Part shown: positions 45,786-59,070 of the stretch, in pieces
How the letters are laid out: every line of letters starts with the position of its first letter
Numbering within the stretch: the stretch's first letter is position 1
Source: Selenomonadaceae bacterium
GTDB taxonomy: Bacteria; Bacillota; Negativicutes; Selenomonadales; Selenomonadaceae
DNA: 64,000 nt
Assembly (NCBI GenBank): GCA_017446845.1
Contig: JAFSOQ010000055.1
Location: forward strand, 983-64,982
Reading direction: 5' to 3'
The notes under the pieces: generated by a model
What the model was told of the DNA's origin: nothing
What the model saw: only the letters and a program-made list of their open reading frames with translations
Database searches by the model: none
Position numbers and translations under genes: made by a program

Positions 45786-46019
45786 TTAAGCACTTGTGAG
45801 CAATTCTTCAAGCTTGCGCTTGTCGAAACCGACGACGTAATTTTTTCCGTCTATCGTCGTGACGGGGACCGCCAAATCGCCGGAAATTCTTTCGCACTCT
45901 GCGCGAGCCTCTTCGCTCTCTTCAATGTCGCAAGTTTCGTATTCCATGCCGCGTGCCTGAAGAAATTTCTTAACTTTTTCGCACCACGGACAGCCCTCGA
46001 ATGAATAAACTTTAACCAT
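45786..46019 (-). CDS. Glutaredoxin-like protein (CPWC)
   Basis: 77 aa: MVKVYSFEGCPWCEKVKKFL..., thioredoxin fold. Confidence 0.8.
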   Translation of the reverse strand: MVKVYSFEGCPWCEKVKKFLQARGMEYETCDIEESEEARAECERISGDLAVPVTTIDGKNYVVGFDKRKLEELLTSA

Positions 46020-46031
46020 AAAATTTCCTCC

Positions 46032-46265
46032 TTACAAGCAAAGCAATTTATCGAGTTCTTCTTTGTCGTAATCAATAACAAAAGTCTCGTTGTCAATGGT
46101 CGTGACGGGAACCGCCCAATCCATGCCGGTGAGTTTTTTGCAAGCCTCGCGAGCGGCGGGGTCTTTTTCGATGTCGAGTTCTTCAAACTCAACGTCTTTG
46201 GATTTGAGATAGCGTTTAACTTTAGCACAATACGGGCAAGTTGCCGTTGTGTAAACTTTGACCAA
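46032..46265 (-). CDS. Glutaredoxin-like protein (CPYC), tandem paralogue
   Basis: 77 aa: MVKVYTTATCPYCAKVKRYL... Same length and layout as the neighbouring gene. Confidence 0.8.
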   Translation of the reverse strand: MVKVYTTATCPYCAKVKRYLKSKDVEFEELDIEKDPAAREACKKLTGMDWAVPVTTIDNETFVIDYDKEELDKLLCL

Positions 46266-47201
46266 TTAAATCGTCTCCTTGAGTTTTGCCAAATATTTTT
46301 CTGCGAGCAGAGCTGCAGTCGTTCCGTCAGCTGCTGCGGTTGTGAGTTGCCGAATTTGTTTTTCACGAACGTCGCCGGCTGCAAAGACTCCGGGAATTTC
46401 CGTCCGACAATCTTCGCCCGCAGGGATCCTTCCGCTTGCCGTCAACTGCAATTCGTCCTTAAAAAGTTTCGTATTCGGTTCGACGCCAATATTAACAAAA
46501 ATTCCGTCGATTAGCAAGGTTTTGGTCTCGCCCGACTTTTTATCGAGAACTTCAACTTCCTCAAGTTTTTTATTGCCGCGCAGAGCTTTTATCTCCGTCT
46601 GCAACATGATTGTAACTTTGTCATTGGCGCGAAGTTTTTTCTGCGAAACTTCATCCGCACGGAATTCCGAACGATGAATCAGATAAAGTTTTTTGGCGTA
46701 CTTGGTTAAAAAGTTCGCCGCGTCGACAGCAGCATTTCCGCCGCCCGCGACCGCAATAATTTTTCCGTCGTAAGCATGACCGTCGCAAAGTTCGCAGTAG
46801 TGGACGCCGCGACCTGCGAATTTTTTTTCTTCGGGCAAGGGAAGTTTACGGCGATTCATTCCCGACGCGATTATCACGACATCAGCCTCGTAAATATTTT
46901 CTTGCGTCTCAATAATTTTGGGCATTGACTTCAGCGAAACTTTTTCAATCTCGTCGAATTCGTCAATGACCGCGCCGAAGTTTTCTGCTTGCGTTTGAAC
47001 CGTCGAAATTAAATCGCCGCCGCGAACGCTGACGAAACCGGGATAATTTTCAATATCGGTCGCGTTGGCAATTTGTCCGCCGATTAAACCGTTTTCGAGG
47101 ACGAGCGTGTTGAGATTCATGCGCCCGCAGTAAAGAGCCGCCGTCAAACCCGCCATGCCCGCGCCGATTATCACGACGTCTTTTTTAATGTGTTCCTTCA
47201 T
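46266..47201 (-). CDS. trxB: Thioredoxin-disulfide reductase family protein
   Basis: VVIIGAGMAGLTAA, redox CELC in HYCELCDGHAY, GGGNAAVD, AAGDV. Confidence 0.85.
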   Translation of the reverse strand: MKEHIKKDVVIIGAGMAGLTAALYCGRMNLNTLVLENGLIGGQIANATDIENYPGFVSVRGGDLISTVQTQAENFGAVIDEFDEIEKVSLKSMPKIIETQENIYEADVVIIASGMNRRKLPLPEEKKFAGRGVHYCELCDGHAYDGKIIAVAGGGNAAVDAANFLTKYAKKLYLIHRSEFRADEVSQKKLRANDKVTIMLQTEIKALRGNKKLEEVEVLDKKSGETKTLLIDGIFVNIGVEPNTKLFKDELQLTASGRIPAGEDCRTEIPGVFAAGDVREKQIRQLTTAAADGTTAALLAEKYLAKLKETI

Positions 47202-47214
47202 AAATATGCCTCCT

Positions 47215-47305
47215 CAACTTTTAAAAAGTTGCCAAATAGTTGACGCGCCGAAACGTTTCGATAATTTTAACGTAGACGCCGCGCCGGAACGCAACCATTG
47301 CTAGC
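47215..47305 (-). repeat. Copy (c) of the dispersed repeat family, intergenic (trxB / yjiH-like)
   Basis: CAACTTTTAAAAAGTTGCCAAATAGTTGACGCGCCG...GCTAGC aligns end to end with the reverse complement of unit b1 (9701-9799: GGCTAG...GGCGCGTCAGCTGTTTGTCAACTTTTTAAAAGTTG). Confidence 0.65.
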
Positions 47306-47332
47306 TTTATATTTTTAAAAGCAAAATTTTTC

Positions 47333-48706
47333 TCAAGTTGTAAAGAACATATGCGATACGGGAGCCGCAATCAGTAAGCTGATGATTGTGCGTTCAAGGA
47401 AAAGGATAAAAAGTTCGGGCAAGTTGACGGGGATTTTCGAGCCGAGGATAAGTCCGCCGACTTCCGACAAATAAATCAGTTGCGTGACGGAAATGACTGC
47501 CACGATAAATTTTGCCATGGGGCTGGTGATTGTGCCCGCCGCGAGTACCGACGGCGTAAACATATCCGTAAAGCCGACTATCATTGTTTTGGAAACTGCT
47601 TCCGCTTGAGGAACGTCGAGCAACTGCAACAGCGGCATGAACGGCAATCCGAGCGTGTCGAAAATCGTCGTGTGATTCGCCAAGACCAATGCCAATGTTC
47701 CTATGCACATGACGACCGGCAAAACTCCGAACCACATGCCCGCCGCGTTTTTGAATGCACCTTCCATAAATTGTTCAAGTCCTTTGTGTTCACCTACGCG
47801 CTCCCTTGCAAGTGCCAGCCCGTATTGAAATGACGTCGTGTAACCTTCGGGCAGTGATTCGCCCATTGCTTTGCCCGGAACCAAGTATTCGTCCTTCTTC
47901 AAAGACAGCGGCGGGATTCGCGGCAAGATTAACGCGCAGACAATTCCTATCGCGCAGATTAAAAGATAATACAGCCCGAAATATTCCATTAAGTCAACTT
48001 GCGCCAAGACGACGATTGAAAAAGTTATCGACACGGCAGAAAAAGTCGTGGAGATAATCGCCGCCTCGCGCTTTGAATAGTAGCCGCCTTCGTATTGGTT
48101 AGCCGTGAGCATGACGCCCAAAGTGCCGTCGCCAATCCAACTCGTGATACAGTCGACGGCAGCGCGTCCGGGTATCGTGAACAGCGGGCGCATGATTTTC
48201 GTCAACAGCGCGCCGATAAATTCAAGCAGTCCGAAATCCAAGAGCAACGGCAATAAAAGTCCTGCCAACAAAAAAATTACCACGAGGACAGTCAGCAAGT
48301 CATGAAGGACAAAGCCGCCGTTGTCAGCTGAAGTTATCAAACTTATGACGCCTGCGCCGCCTTCGCCCGATTGAATACCGAGATAAGTCAGCCAAATAAA
48401 AATCGCGCCGAAAATTCTAATTACGACCCAAATCGCTGTCGTCGAAAAAGTGTTGGCGACAATCGGATAAGTCGCAATGAAATTCGGCTTGCCCAAAAAA
48501 ATTATTCCGAGAATTGCCGACAGCGTAACGATACCTACGCAAAGTGCCGGCAAAAATTCTCCTATCGCGTTGCTTATCATGTCCGCGATGATTTTGACAA
48601 CGATTGTCCAGCTCCCGTCGTATTGCACGGGAATCATGAACAAAATAATTCCGACGATTGACGGCACCAAAAAGCCCGCCAGTGACCCCTGCTGTTTGTT
48701 TTCCAT
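47333..48706 (-). CDS. YjiH-like polytopic membrane protein (nucleoside-recognition/Gate-domain family)
   Basis: 457 aa with about 12 hydrophobic segments. The family assignment comes from overall pattern only. Confidence 0.5.
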   Translation of the reverse strand: MENKQQGSLAGFLVPSIVGIILFMIPVQYDGSWTIVVKIIADMISNAIGEFLPALCVGIVTLSAILGIIFLGKPNFIATYPIVANTFSTTAIWVVIRIFGAIFIWLTYLGIQSGEGGAGVISLITSADNGGFVLHDLLTVLVVIFLLAGLLLPLLLDFGLLEFIGALLTKIMRPLFTIPGRAAVDCITSWIGDGTLGVMLTANQYEGGYYSKREAAIISTTFSAVSITFSIVVLAQVDLMEYFGLYYLLICAIGIVCALILPRIPPLSLKKDEYLVPGKAMGESLPEGYTTSFQYGLALARERVGEHKGLEQFMEGAFKNAAGMWFGVLPVVMCIGTLALVLANHTTIFDTLGLPFMPLLQLLDVPQAEAVSKTMIVGFTDMFTPSVLAAGTITSPMAKFIVAVISVTQLIYLSEVGGLILGSKIPVNLPELFILFLERTIISLLIAAPVSHMFFTT

Positions 48707-48873
48707 TTCAATCTCCTTCGCTAAAAAATTTAGAGAGAAACTCTCGAAACAAAATCCGAATTATTATAACACTAATCGATTGAGTTTCAATAGTTGGGCG
48801 GCTGAGTCATGCCGATTGTCTGCATTAATTTTCAGAAAGGCTTTAACGATATTTTTCACGGAGGGGATTTTTT

Positions 48874-51800
48874 ATGAACTTACAGGAATTGACGGCGGGG
48901 AAAAAAATAAAAGGTTTGCTTTCAGAGCAAGTTGCAGAAATTATCGCGGTGAATTTTTACGGCGACGCTGCGGAAGTTTTTTACAAGGACGAGCACGGAA
49001 ATTTTGGCAACAAACTGATTTACGCCGACCAAATATCGGAATTAACTTTGGCAGAAAATTTATCTCTATGGCAATTTGATTCGGACTCAAAAATTTTTCG
49101 ATTGGTCTCGGAGGCGTACAGGATAAGTGTTGCGCATCTCGTTGAACCTTATTTGGCAATTTACTCCTCGTTGATTGAACCGTTGCCGCATCAAATTTCC
49201 GCAGTCTATGAAAAAATGCTTGTAATGCAACCGTTGCGCTTTGTCCTGGCCGATGACCCCGGCGCAGGTAAAACTGTCATGACGGGTTTGTTGATTAAGG
49301 AATTAATTCTGCGCGGCGATGTTCGGCGATGTTTAATCGTTTGCCCCGGAACACTCGCCGAACAATGGCAGGAAGAACTTCAGCAAAAATTTCATCTCAA
49401 GTTTGAAATTCTCACGAGCGACAGGATAAATCAGGTCGGCAATGTTTTTTCCGAAGTAAATCGCGCAATCGTAAGCATTGACACCTTGGCACGCAACGGC
49501 GACTTTCAAGACAAATTGCACGCCAAAGATTGGGATTTAATCGTTTGCGACGAAGCTCACAAAATGTCCGCCACCGTTTGGAGCAACGAAGTCAAATACA
49601 CGAAACGTTTTCATCTCGGACAACTGCTCGGAAAAATTACGCGCCATTTTCTTTTGCTGACTGCCACACCTCATAACGGCAAGGAAAAAGATTTTCAGCT
49701 GTTCATGTCGCTTATCGACCCCGACCGCTTCGAAGGCGCGCAGAGAATTAAAAATTCCGTCGACGTGTCGGATATTATGCGGCGGCTCGTCAAAGAAGAT
49801 TTGCTGACTTTTGAGGGCAAACCGCTTTTCCCCGAACGCCGCGCTTACACCGTCAATTACAGCCTGTCGCCCGAAGAAATGCAACTTTATGAACTCGTCA
49901 CCGCTTACGTTTCCGACGGATTCAATCGTGCGGAAAAACTTTCGGGCGGCAAAAAAAATTCCGTCGGTTTTGCCATGACCATTTTGCAACGTCGACTTGC
50001 CTCCTCCCCGAAAGCAATTTATAAATCCTTGGAGCGCAGGACAGAACGACTTCAAAAAATTCTGCGCGAAAAAAATTTCGTGCCCGACGAAGAAAAATCT
50101 TTCGACGACGAGGAACTAAGCAATCATGAAGAATTCCCGGACGGCGAATTTGAAAATAAAGAAGACGAACTGTCAGAGCGCGTGACAGCTGCTCAAACGT
50201 TCGCCGAACTGAAAAAAGAAATTCAAACGTTGAAATTACTCACCGAAAAGGCAAAACAGGTTTTCCTTAACGGCGACGATAAAAAATGGCGCGAACTGTC
50301 CGAACTGCTTCAAGACGATAAAAAATTTTCAAAGGGTAACGGCGAACGCGAAAAGCTCATAATCTTCACCGAACACCGCGACACTTTGGATTACTTGCAA
50401 GAAAAAATTTCTTCGCTGTTCGGGCAAAATGAAATCGTCGTAACCATTCACGGCGGATTTAATCACAGGGAACGCCACAAGATTGAAGAGCAATTCCGTC
50501 AAGATAAAAAAGTTTCCATACTCATTGCAACCGACGCCGCCGGCGAAGGTATCAACTTGCAGAACGCGCACTTGATGATTAACTACGACCTGCCCTGGAA
50601 TCCCAATCGCTTGGAACAACGCTTCGGGCGTATTCATCGTATCGGGCAAAAGGAAGTTTGTCACCTGTGGAATTTGGTTGCCAATGAAACTCGCGAAGGT
50701 CAAGTTTTCCAACGTCTGCTTAAAAAATTGGAGCAGGAACGCGCCGCGCTCGGCGGAAAAGTTTTTGACATTCTCGGCAAAATTTCCTTCGACAACAAAC
50801 CCTTGCGCGAATTGCTCCTTGAGGCTGTTCGTTACGGCAATGACCCCGAAACTGTTCGCAAGCTTGATGAAGTCGTCGATAAAAGTTTCGACCCAAATAA
50901 AATTCGCGAACTTATCCGCCAACGCGCTTTGACCAATGACGTGCTCGACTTCGATAAAATTGCCGATATGAATCAAAATATGGAACGCGTCGACGCTCAC
51001 AAGCTTCAGCCGTATTTTATAGAAAAATTTTTCGACGAAGCCTTTAAAAAATTGGGCGGGCAAATATTCAGTCGCGGCAGCGGTCGCTATGAAATTATTC
51101 GCGTCCCGAAAGATATTCGTACTCATGCTTTGCAAAATAATTTCGGCGAACCCGTCGCGGAAAGTTACAAGCGAATTTGTTTCGAGAAAAAATTTTGCAA
51201 TATCGCGGGCGTCGTGCCCGCCGTGCTTATTGCTCCCGGCAATCCTCTTTTGGAATCGGTCAGTTCCCTGATTTTGAAACGCTTCGGCAATGTCTTAAGG
51301 CAGGGAACAGTTTTTATCGACGACAACGCCGAAAAAAATTTCAGACTGCTTTTCTACATTGAAACAAAAATTTTAAACGACAAGTCGGAAATTATTTCCC
51401 GCAGATTGCATTTCGTAGAAATTTCCGAGGACGGGCAAGCCGTTCTGCTGAATCGCGCTCCTTATTTCGATTATGACTCGCCAAAAGATCCCGACACTCT
51501 AAAAAAAATTTTGTCGGCTGCTCAAAATATGCAGTGGCTTAAAAGCAATGTCGAAAAGCTTGCAATCAACTACGCGATAAAAAATCTCGTGCCGCCCCAC
51601 CGTCAAGAAATCGCCGCCAAAAGAAAAGCTTATCTCGATAAACTCGAACGGGAAGTTAAGACCCGACTCAACGGCGAAATCCGTTATTTGGACAGATACG
51701 CCGCCGATTTGCGCGATAAAGATAAATTGAACTCCGATAAAGCCTATCGACGCGCGGGCGAATTGGCTGAACGTTTGAATCGGCGAATTGCCGAAATTAA

Positions 51801-52323
51801 GTTGGAGCGAGAAATTTCCACGCCCGCTCCCGTTATCGTCGGTGGCGCGTTAATCGTTCCGAAAAATTTCCTTCAAGACTCCGAACAAGATAATTTTTCT
51901 GCCGATGCCCTTGCTCGTTCTCGCGTCGAAAAAATCGCAATGAATGCCGTCATGAGTATCGAACGCGAATTCGGCTTTGAACCCGTCGACGTAAGCGCAA
52001 ACAAGTGCGGCTACGACATCGAAGCCCGCGATAAAAATTTCGTCCGCTTTATCGAAGTCAAAGGCAGAATTGCCGACGCCACGGAAGTCACCGTCACCAA
52101 AAACGAAATCATTACCGCACTCAACGCGCCCGATAATTTTATCCTCGCCATCGTCACCGTCGACGCCGACAACGCCCACGTCGTTTACCTTAAATCGCCT
52201 TTTTCGCGCTCGCCCGATTTTTATTCCGTCAACGTCACTTATCCAATCGCCGCTCTTAAACAGCAGGGAAAAATCCTTCTCGATAGAAAAACATCTGTCA
52301 AAATTGAAAGCACCACAACATAA
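48874..52323 (+). CDS. SNF2-family helicase fused to a C-terminal DUF3883-type PD-(D/E)xK nuclease-like domain, 1149 aa
   Basis: Helicase motifs LADDPGAGKTVMTG (I), VCDEAHKM (II), LLTATPHNGKE (III), ILIATDAAGEGINLQ, NYDLPWNPNRLEQRFGRIHRIGQ (VI). The C-terminus (~nt 51870-52200) has CGYDIEA...FIEVKGR..., the DUF3883 / restriction-endonuclease-like pattern. Confidence 0.8.
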   Translation: MNLQELTAGKKIKGLLSEQVAEIIAVNFYGDAAEVFYKDEHGNFGNKLIYADQISELTLAENLSLWQFDSDSKIFRLVSEAYRISVAHLVEPYLAIYSSLIEPLPHQISAVYEKMLVMQPLRFVLADDPGAGKTVMTGLLIKELILRGDVRRCLIVCPGTLAEQWQEELQQKFHLKFEILTSDRINQVGNVFSEVNRAIVSIDTLARNGDFQDKLHAKDWDLIVCDEAHKMSATVWSNEVKYTKRFHLGQLLGKITRHFLLLTATPHNGKEKDFQLFMSLIDPDRFEGAQRIKNSVDVSDIMRRLVKEDLLTFEGKPLFPERRAYTVNYSLSPEEMQLYELVTAYVSDGFNRAEKLSGGKKNSVGFAMTILQRRLASSPKAIYKSLERRTERLQKILREKNFVPDEEKSFDDEELSNHEEFPDGEFENKEDELSERVTAAQTFAELKKEIQTLKLLTEKAKQVFLNGDDKKWRELSELLQDDKKFSKGNGEREKLIIFTEHRDTLDYLQEKISSLFGQNEIVVTIHGGFNHRERHKIEEQFRQDKKVSILIATDAAGEGINLQNAHLMINYDLPWNPNRLEQRFGRIHRIGQKEVCHLWNLVANETREGQVFQRLLKKLEQERAALGGKVFDILGKISFDNKPLRELLLEAVRYGNDPETVRKLDEVVDKSFDPNKIRELIRQRALTNDVLDFDKIADMNQNMERVDAHKLQPYFIEKFFDEAFKKLGGQIFSRGSGRYEIIRVPKDIRTHALQNNFGEPVAESYKRICFEKKFCNIAGVVPAVLIAPGNPLLESVSSLILKRFGNVLRQGTVFIDDNAEKNFRLLFYIETKILNDKSEIISRRLHFVEISEDGQAVLLNRAPYFDYDSPKDPDTLKKILSAAQNMQWLKSNVEKLAINYAIKNLVPPHRQEIAAKRKAYLDKLEREVKTRLNGEIRYLDRYAADLRDKDKLNSDKAYRRAGELAERLNRRIAEIKLEREISTPAPVIVGGALIVPKNFLQDSEQDNFSADALARSRVEKIAMNAVMSIEREFGFEPVDVSANKCGYDIEARDKNFVRFIEVKGRIADATEVTVTKNEIITALNAPDNFILAIVTVDADNAHVVYLKSPFSRSPDFYSVNVTYPIAALKQQGKILLDRKTSVKIESTTT

Positions 52324-52357
52324 AAAAATCTCCCGCAACATTCAGGGAGATTTTTTG
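52324..52357. terminator. Bidirectional terminator between the SNF2 gene and ligA
   Basis: AAATCTCCC (52326-52334) pairs with GGGAGATTT (52345-52353), with an A-run before and a T-run after. Confidence 0.7.
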
Positions 52358-52373
52358 TCGCATTGTAAAAATT

Positions 52374-56647
<4,274 letters not shown>

Positions 56648-56700
56648 AAGAGTATCCTCCTTTCAGTCTTGAGCAATTATATTTCGTATGAAATTTTTTA

Positions 56701-58425
56701 TCAAGCGGCGGCGTTCGTGGAAAGATTGTAATAAACGCCGCGACGAGCCATTAAATGTTCGTGAGTGCCTTCCTCGGTTATGTTGCCGTGTTCCAAAACC
56801 AAAATTCTGTTGGAGTTGCGGATTGTCGCCAAACGATGAGCAACTGTTATGGTCGTGCGATTCTCGGAAAGTTTTTGCATGGCGCGTTGAATTTGACGTT
56901 CGGTTTCGTTGTCGAGTGCGCTGGTTGCTTCGTCGAGAATCAAAATTTTCGGATTGCGCAAAAACATTCTGGCTATTGCAAGACGTTGTTTTTGACCGCC
57001 GCTGAGTTTTACGCCGCGTTCGCCGATAAAAGTATCGTAGCCTTGAGGAAGTGCGCTTATAAATTCGTGAGCCTCTGCAAGTCGCGCCGCGTTGATAATT
57101 TCTTCGTCGGTAGCATCCTCGCGCCCGTAAGCAATGTTATCTTTGACGCTCGCGGAGAAAAGGAACGTGTCCTGCTGAATCATTCCGACTTCCTTGCGCA
57201 AGCTGTCAGTCTTGACGGTTTTAATGTCGCGCCCGTCGATAGAAATTTTCCCGCCGTTAAGTTCGTACATGCCGAGCAAAAGTTCGCACAAAGTCGTTTT
57301 GCCGCCGCCGGTCATGCCGACAATTCCGACGTGTTCGCCCGCCGCTATGTTCAAATTAAAATCGTTAAAAATCGGCGCGTTGTTTTCGTAGCCGAAATTC
57401 ACATGAGAAAATTCAATCGACTTGGCGTTTTCGAGTTTGGCGACGCGTTCGGCGGAAAGTTCGCTGCTTTCGGGCATGTTCATCAGTTCGCGATAACGTT
57501 CGACACCCGCCATGCCGCGCTGATAAACTTCCGTCAACATCATCAGCTGAAAAACGGGACGCATGCAAAGCATCATGTACAAAAGAAAAGCAACCAGGTC
57601 GCTGATTGACATTGCGCCGAAACTTATCAGCGCGCCGCCCAAAACAATTATCGTTAAGTTCATGACGTTGGAGAAAAAGTCAACGCCGCCGTGAAGTTTG
57701 CCGACTGTGCGGAAGGAATTTTCTTGCACCGACAAAAGATTTTCACCTGCGCGGAGCATTTTGTTAAGTTCTTTATCTTCGTTGCTGAAAACTTTTACGA
57801 GACGAATTCCCTGCAAACTTTCGGAGATTTGTCCGCTGAGGTCGCCGGTATTTTCTCTTGCACGCATGAACATTTTTTTCATGTCGCTGTTGAGTTTGAA
57901 TGTCGTAAAAGTTTTGATCAGCAGCAGAGCAGTCACGACCGTTGCGAGTTGCCAGTTAAGATAAAACAGCAACGCAACCGAGCCGAGCATTGTTATCGAG
58001 CAAGTAACGAACAGGTGAGGGATTGCGAACATCAGCCCGCCGACTTCCGAAATATCATTGACGAGCCTTGAGAGGAGTTGTCCGCTTTGTGCGTTGTCGT
58101 AGAAGGAATAGCCCATTCTCAACAGGTGGCGGAAAAGTTTTTTGCGCATTGTGAATTCGATTTTGGCACCCATGCCGCGTCCGACAACTTCGACTTTGTA
58201 ATTAAGAAAATAATTTGCCGCGTAAATCGTCAGCAATGCGCCCGCCGTCAAAATCATTTCCGCCGAAATGCCGTGCGGTAAAAGTTCGTCCATGACTTGG
58301 CGAATCAACATCGGCGACAGAAGTCCGAGACCCGCGCCGACAAGCGAGCCGATTACCACGAACGAAAATGCTTTTTTGTGTGCCGCGTAACTTTCCGCAA
58401 AAAAATTCAGCCTGTCCTTGACCAT
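56701..58425 (-). CDS. ABC exporter, fused permease / ATP-binding protein (MsbA/MdlB-like)
   Basis: Six TM segments followed by an NBD (GMTGGGKTT, LSGGQKQRLAIAR, ILILDEATSALD). The start is set at ATG 58425 (GGAGGGA upstream). Confidence 0.85.
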   Translation of the reverse strand: MVKDRLNFFAESYAAHKKAFSFVVIGSLVGAGLGLLSPMLIRQVMDELLPHGISAEMILTAGALLTIYAANYFLNYKVEVVGRGMGAKIEFTMRKKLFRHLLRMGYSFYDNAQSGQLLSRLVNDISEVGGLMFAIPHLFVTCSITMLGSVALLFYLNWQLATVVTALLLIKTFTTFKLNSDMKKMFMRARENTGDLSGQISESLQGIRLVKVFSNEDKELNKMLRAGENLLSVQENSFRTVGKLHGGVDFFSNVMNLTIIVLGGALISFGAMSISDLVAFLLYMMLCMRPVFQLMMLTEVYQRGMAGVERYRELMNMPESSELSAERVAKLENAKSIEFSHVNFGYENNAPIFNDFNLNIAAGEHVGIVGMTGGGKTTLCELLLGMYELNGGKISIDGRDIKTVKTDSLRKEVGMIQQDTFLFSASVKDNIAYGREDATDEEIINAARLAEAHEFISALPQGYDTFIGERGVKLSGGQKQRLAIARMFLRNPKILILDEATSALDNETERQIQRAMQKLSENRTTITVAHRLATIRNSNRILVLEHGNITEEGTHEHLMARRGVYYNLSTNAAA

Positions 58426-58447
58426 TATGAATCCCTCCCTGCCGGTT

Positions 58448-58502
58448 AAGGAACAAGGATTTAGGAACAAGGAACAAGTTTAAAACTCTTGTCCCTTGTC
58501 CC
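58448..58502 (-). repeat. Heptad-repeat hairpin between marR and the ABC exporter gene
   Basis: Plus strand: (AAGGAAC/AAGGATT)x4 then (CTTGTCC)x2. On the transcribed minus strand GGGACAAGGGACAAG pairs with CUUGUUCCUUGUUCC over 15 bp (2 G:U). The loop is 9 nt and no U-run follows. Confidence 0.75.
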
Positions 58503-58519
58503 GTTTGCCTTTTCCCTTA

Positions 58520-58972
58520 TCAAAAAAAGTTATCTTCATGTTCTTTTTCTATTTGCGTTTTAAGTTGCATGGAAATTTTTTCCAGCGATTCTTGTAAAAC
58601 TTTTTTTTCTCTAAAGCTGAGGTCGATAAAAAGTTCGTCGTAGTTCGGCTTTTGCAGTTGAAAATGTTCGCCTTCCTCGGTGAGTTCCACGACGAGTACC
58701 CGCTTGTCGTCCGTCGAACGTGTCCGCCGAATGTAGCCGCTGTTCTCCAATTTCTGCAGAAGTTCGCCCAACGATTGCGGACGCATATCCAAAATAAATC
58801 CGAGTTCCTTTTGAGTCGCTCTTTTCATGCGCCGCAGTGCCGTCAAGATTCTTCCTTGCCCTTGCCGAGGATCCAAGCCGCCGTAATTTTTTCCGTACCA
58901 CATCATGTTATATCGCCGCAAAAGAAGACTCATTTCAAGGAGCGCGCTCGTTAAATCATTTTGTTCAGCCAT
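58520..58972 (-). CDS. MarR-family transcriptional regulator
   Basis: 150 aa, winged-HTH region ...QGRILTALRRMKRATQKELGFILDMRPQSLGELLQKLENSGYIRR..DDKR. Confidence 0.8.
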   Translation of the reverse strand: MAEQNDLTSALLEMSLLLRRYNMMWYGKNYGGLDPRQGQGRILTALRRMKRATQKELGFILDMRPQSLGELLQKLENSGYIRRTRSTDDKRVLVVELTEEGEHFQLQKPNYDELFIDLSFREKKVLQESLEKISMQLKTQIEKEHEDNFF

Positions 58973-58997
58973 TTGTACATGCCTCCCGTAAATTCAC

Positions 58998-59043
58998 GGT
59001 ACTTTACGATTCGTATAATACATGGTACCTTACGATTAGTCAA
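58998..59043 (-). promoter_or_regulatory. marR promoter with two direct-repeat operator-like boxes
   Basis: Minus strand: TTGACT (59043-59038), 17-nt spacer, TATTAT (59020-59015). AATCGTAAGGTACC fills the spacer (59037-59024) and AATCGTAAAGTACC lies just downstream of the -10 (59011-58998). Confidence 0.5.
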
Positions 59044-59070
59044 TATGAACTCAAGACTTTTAACCGAGAT

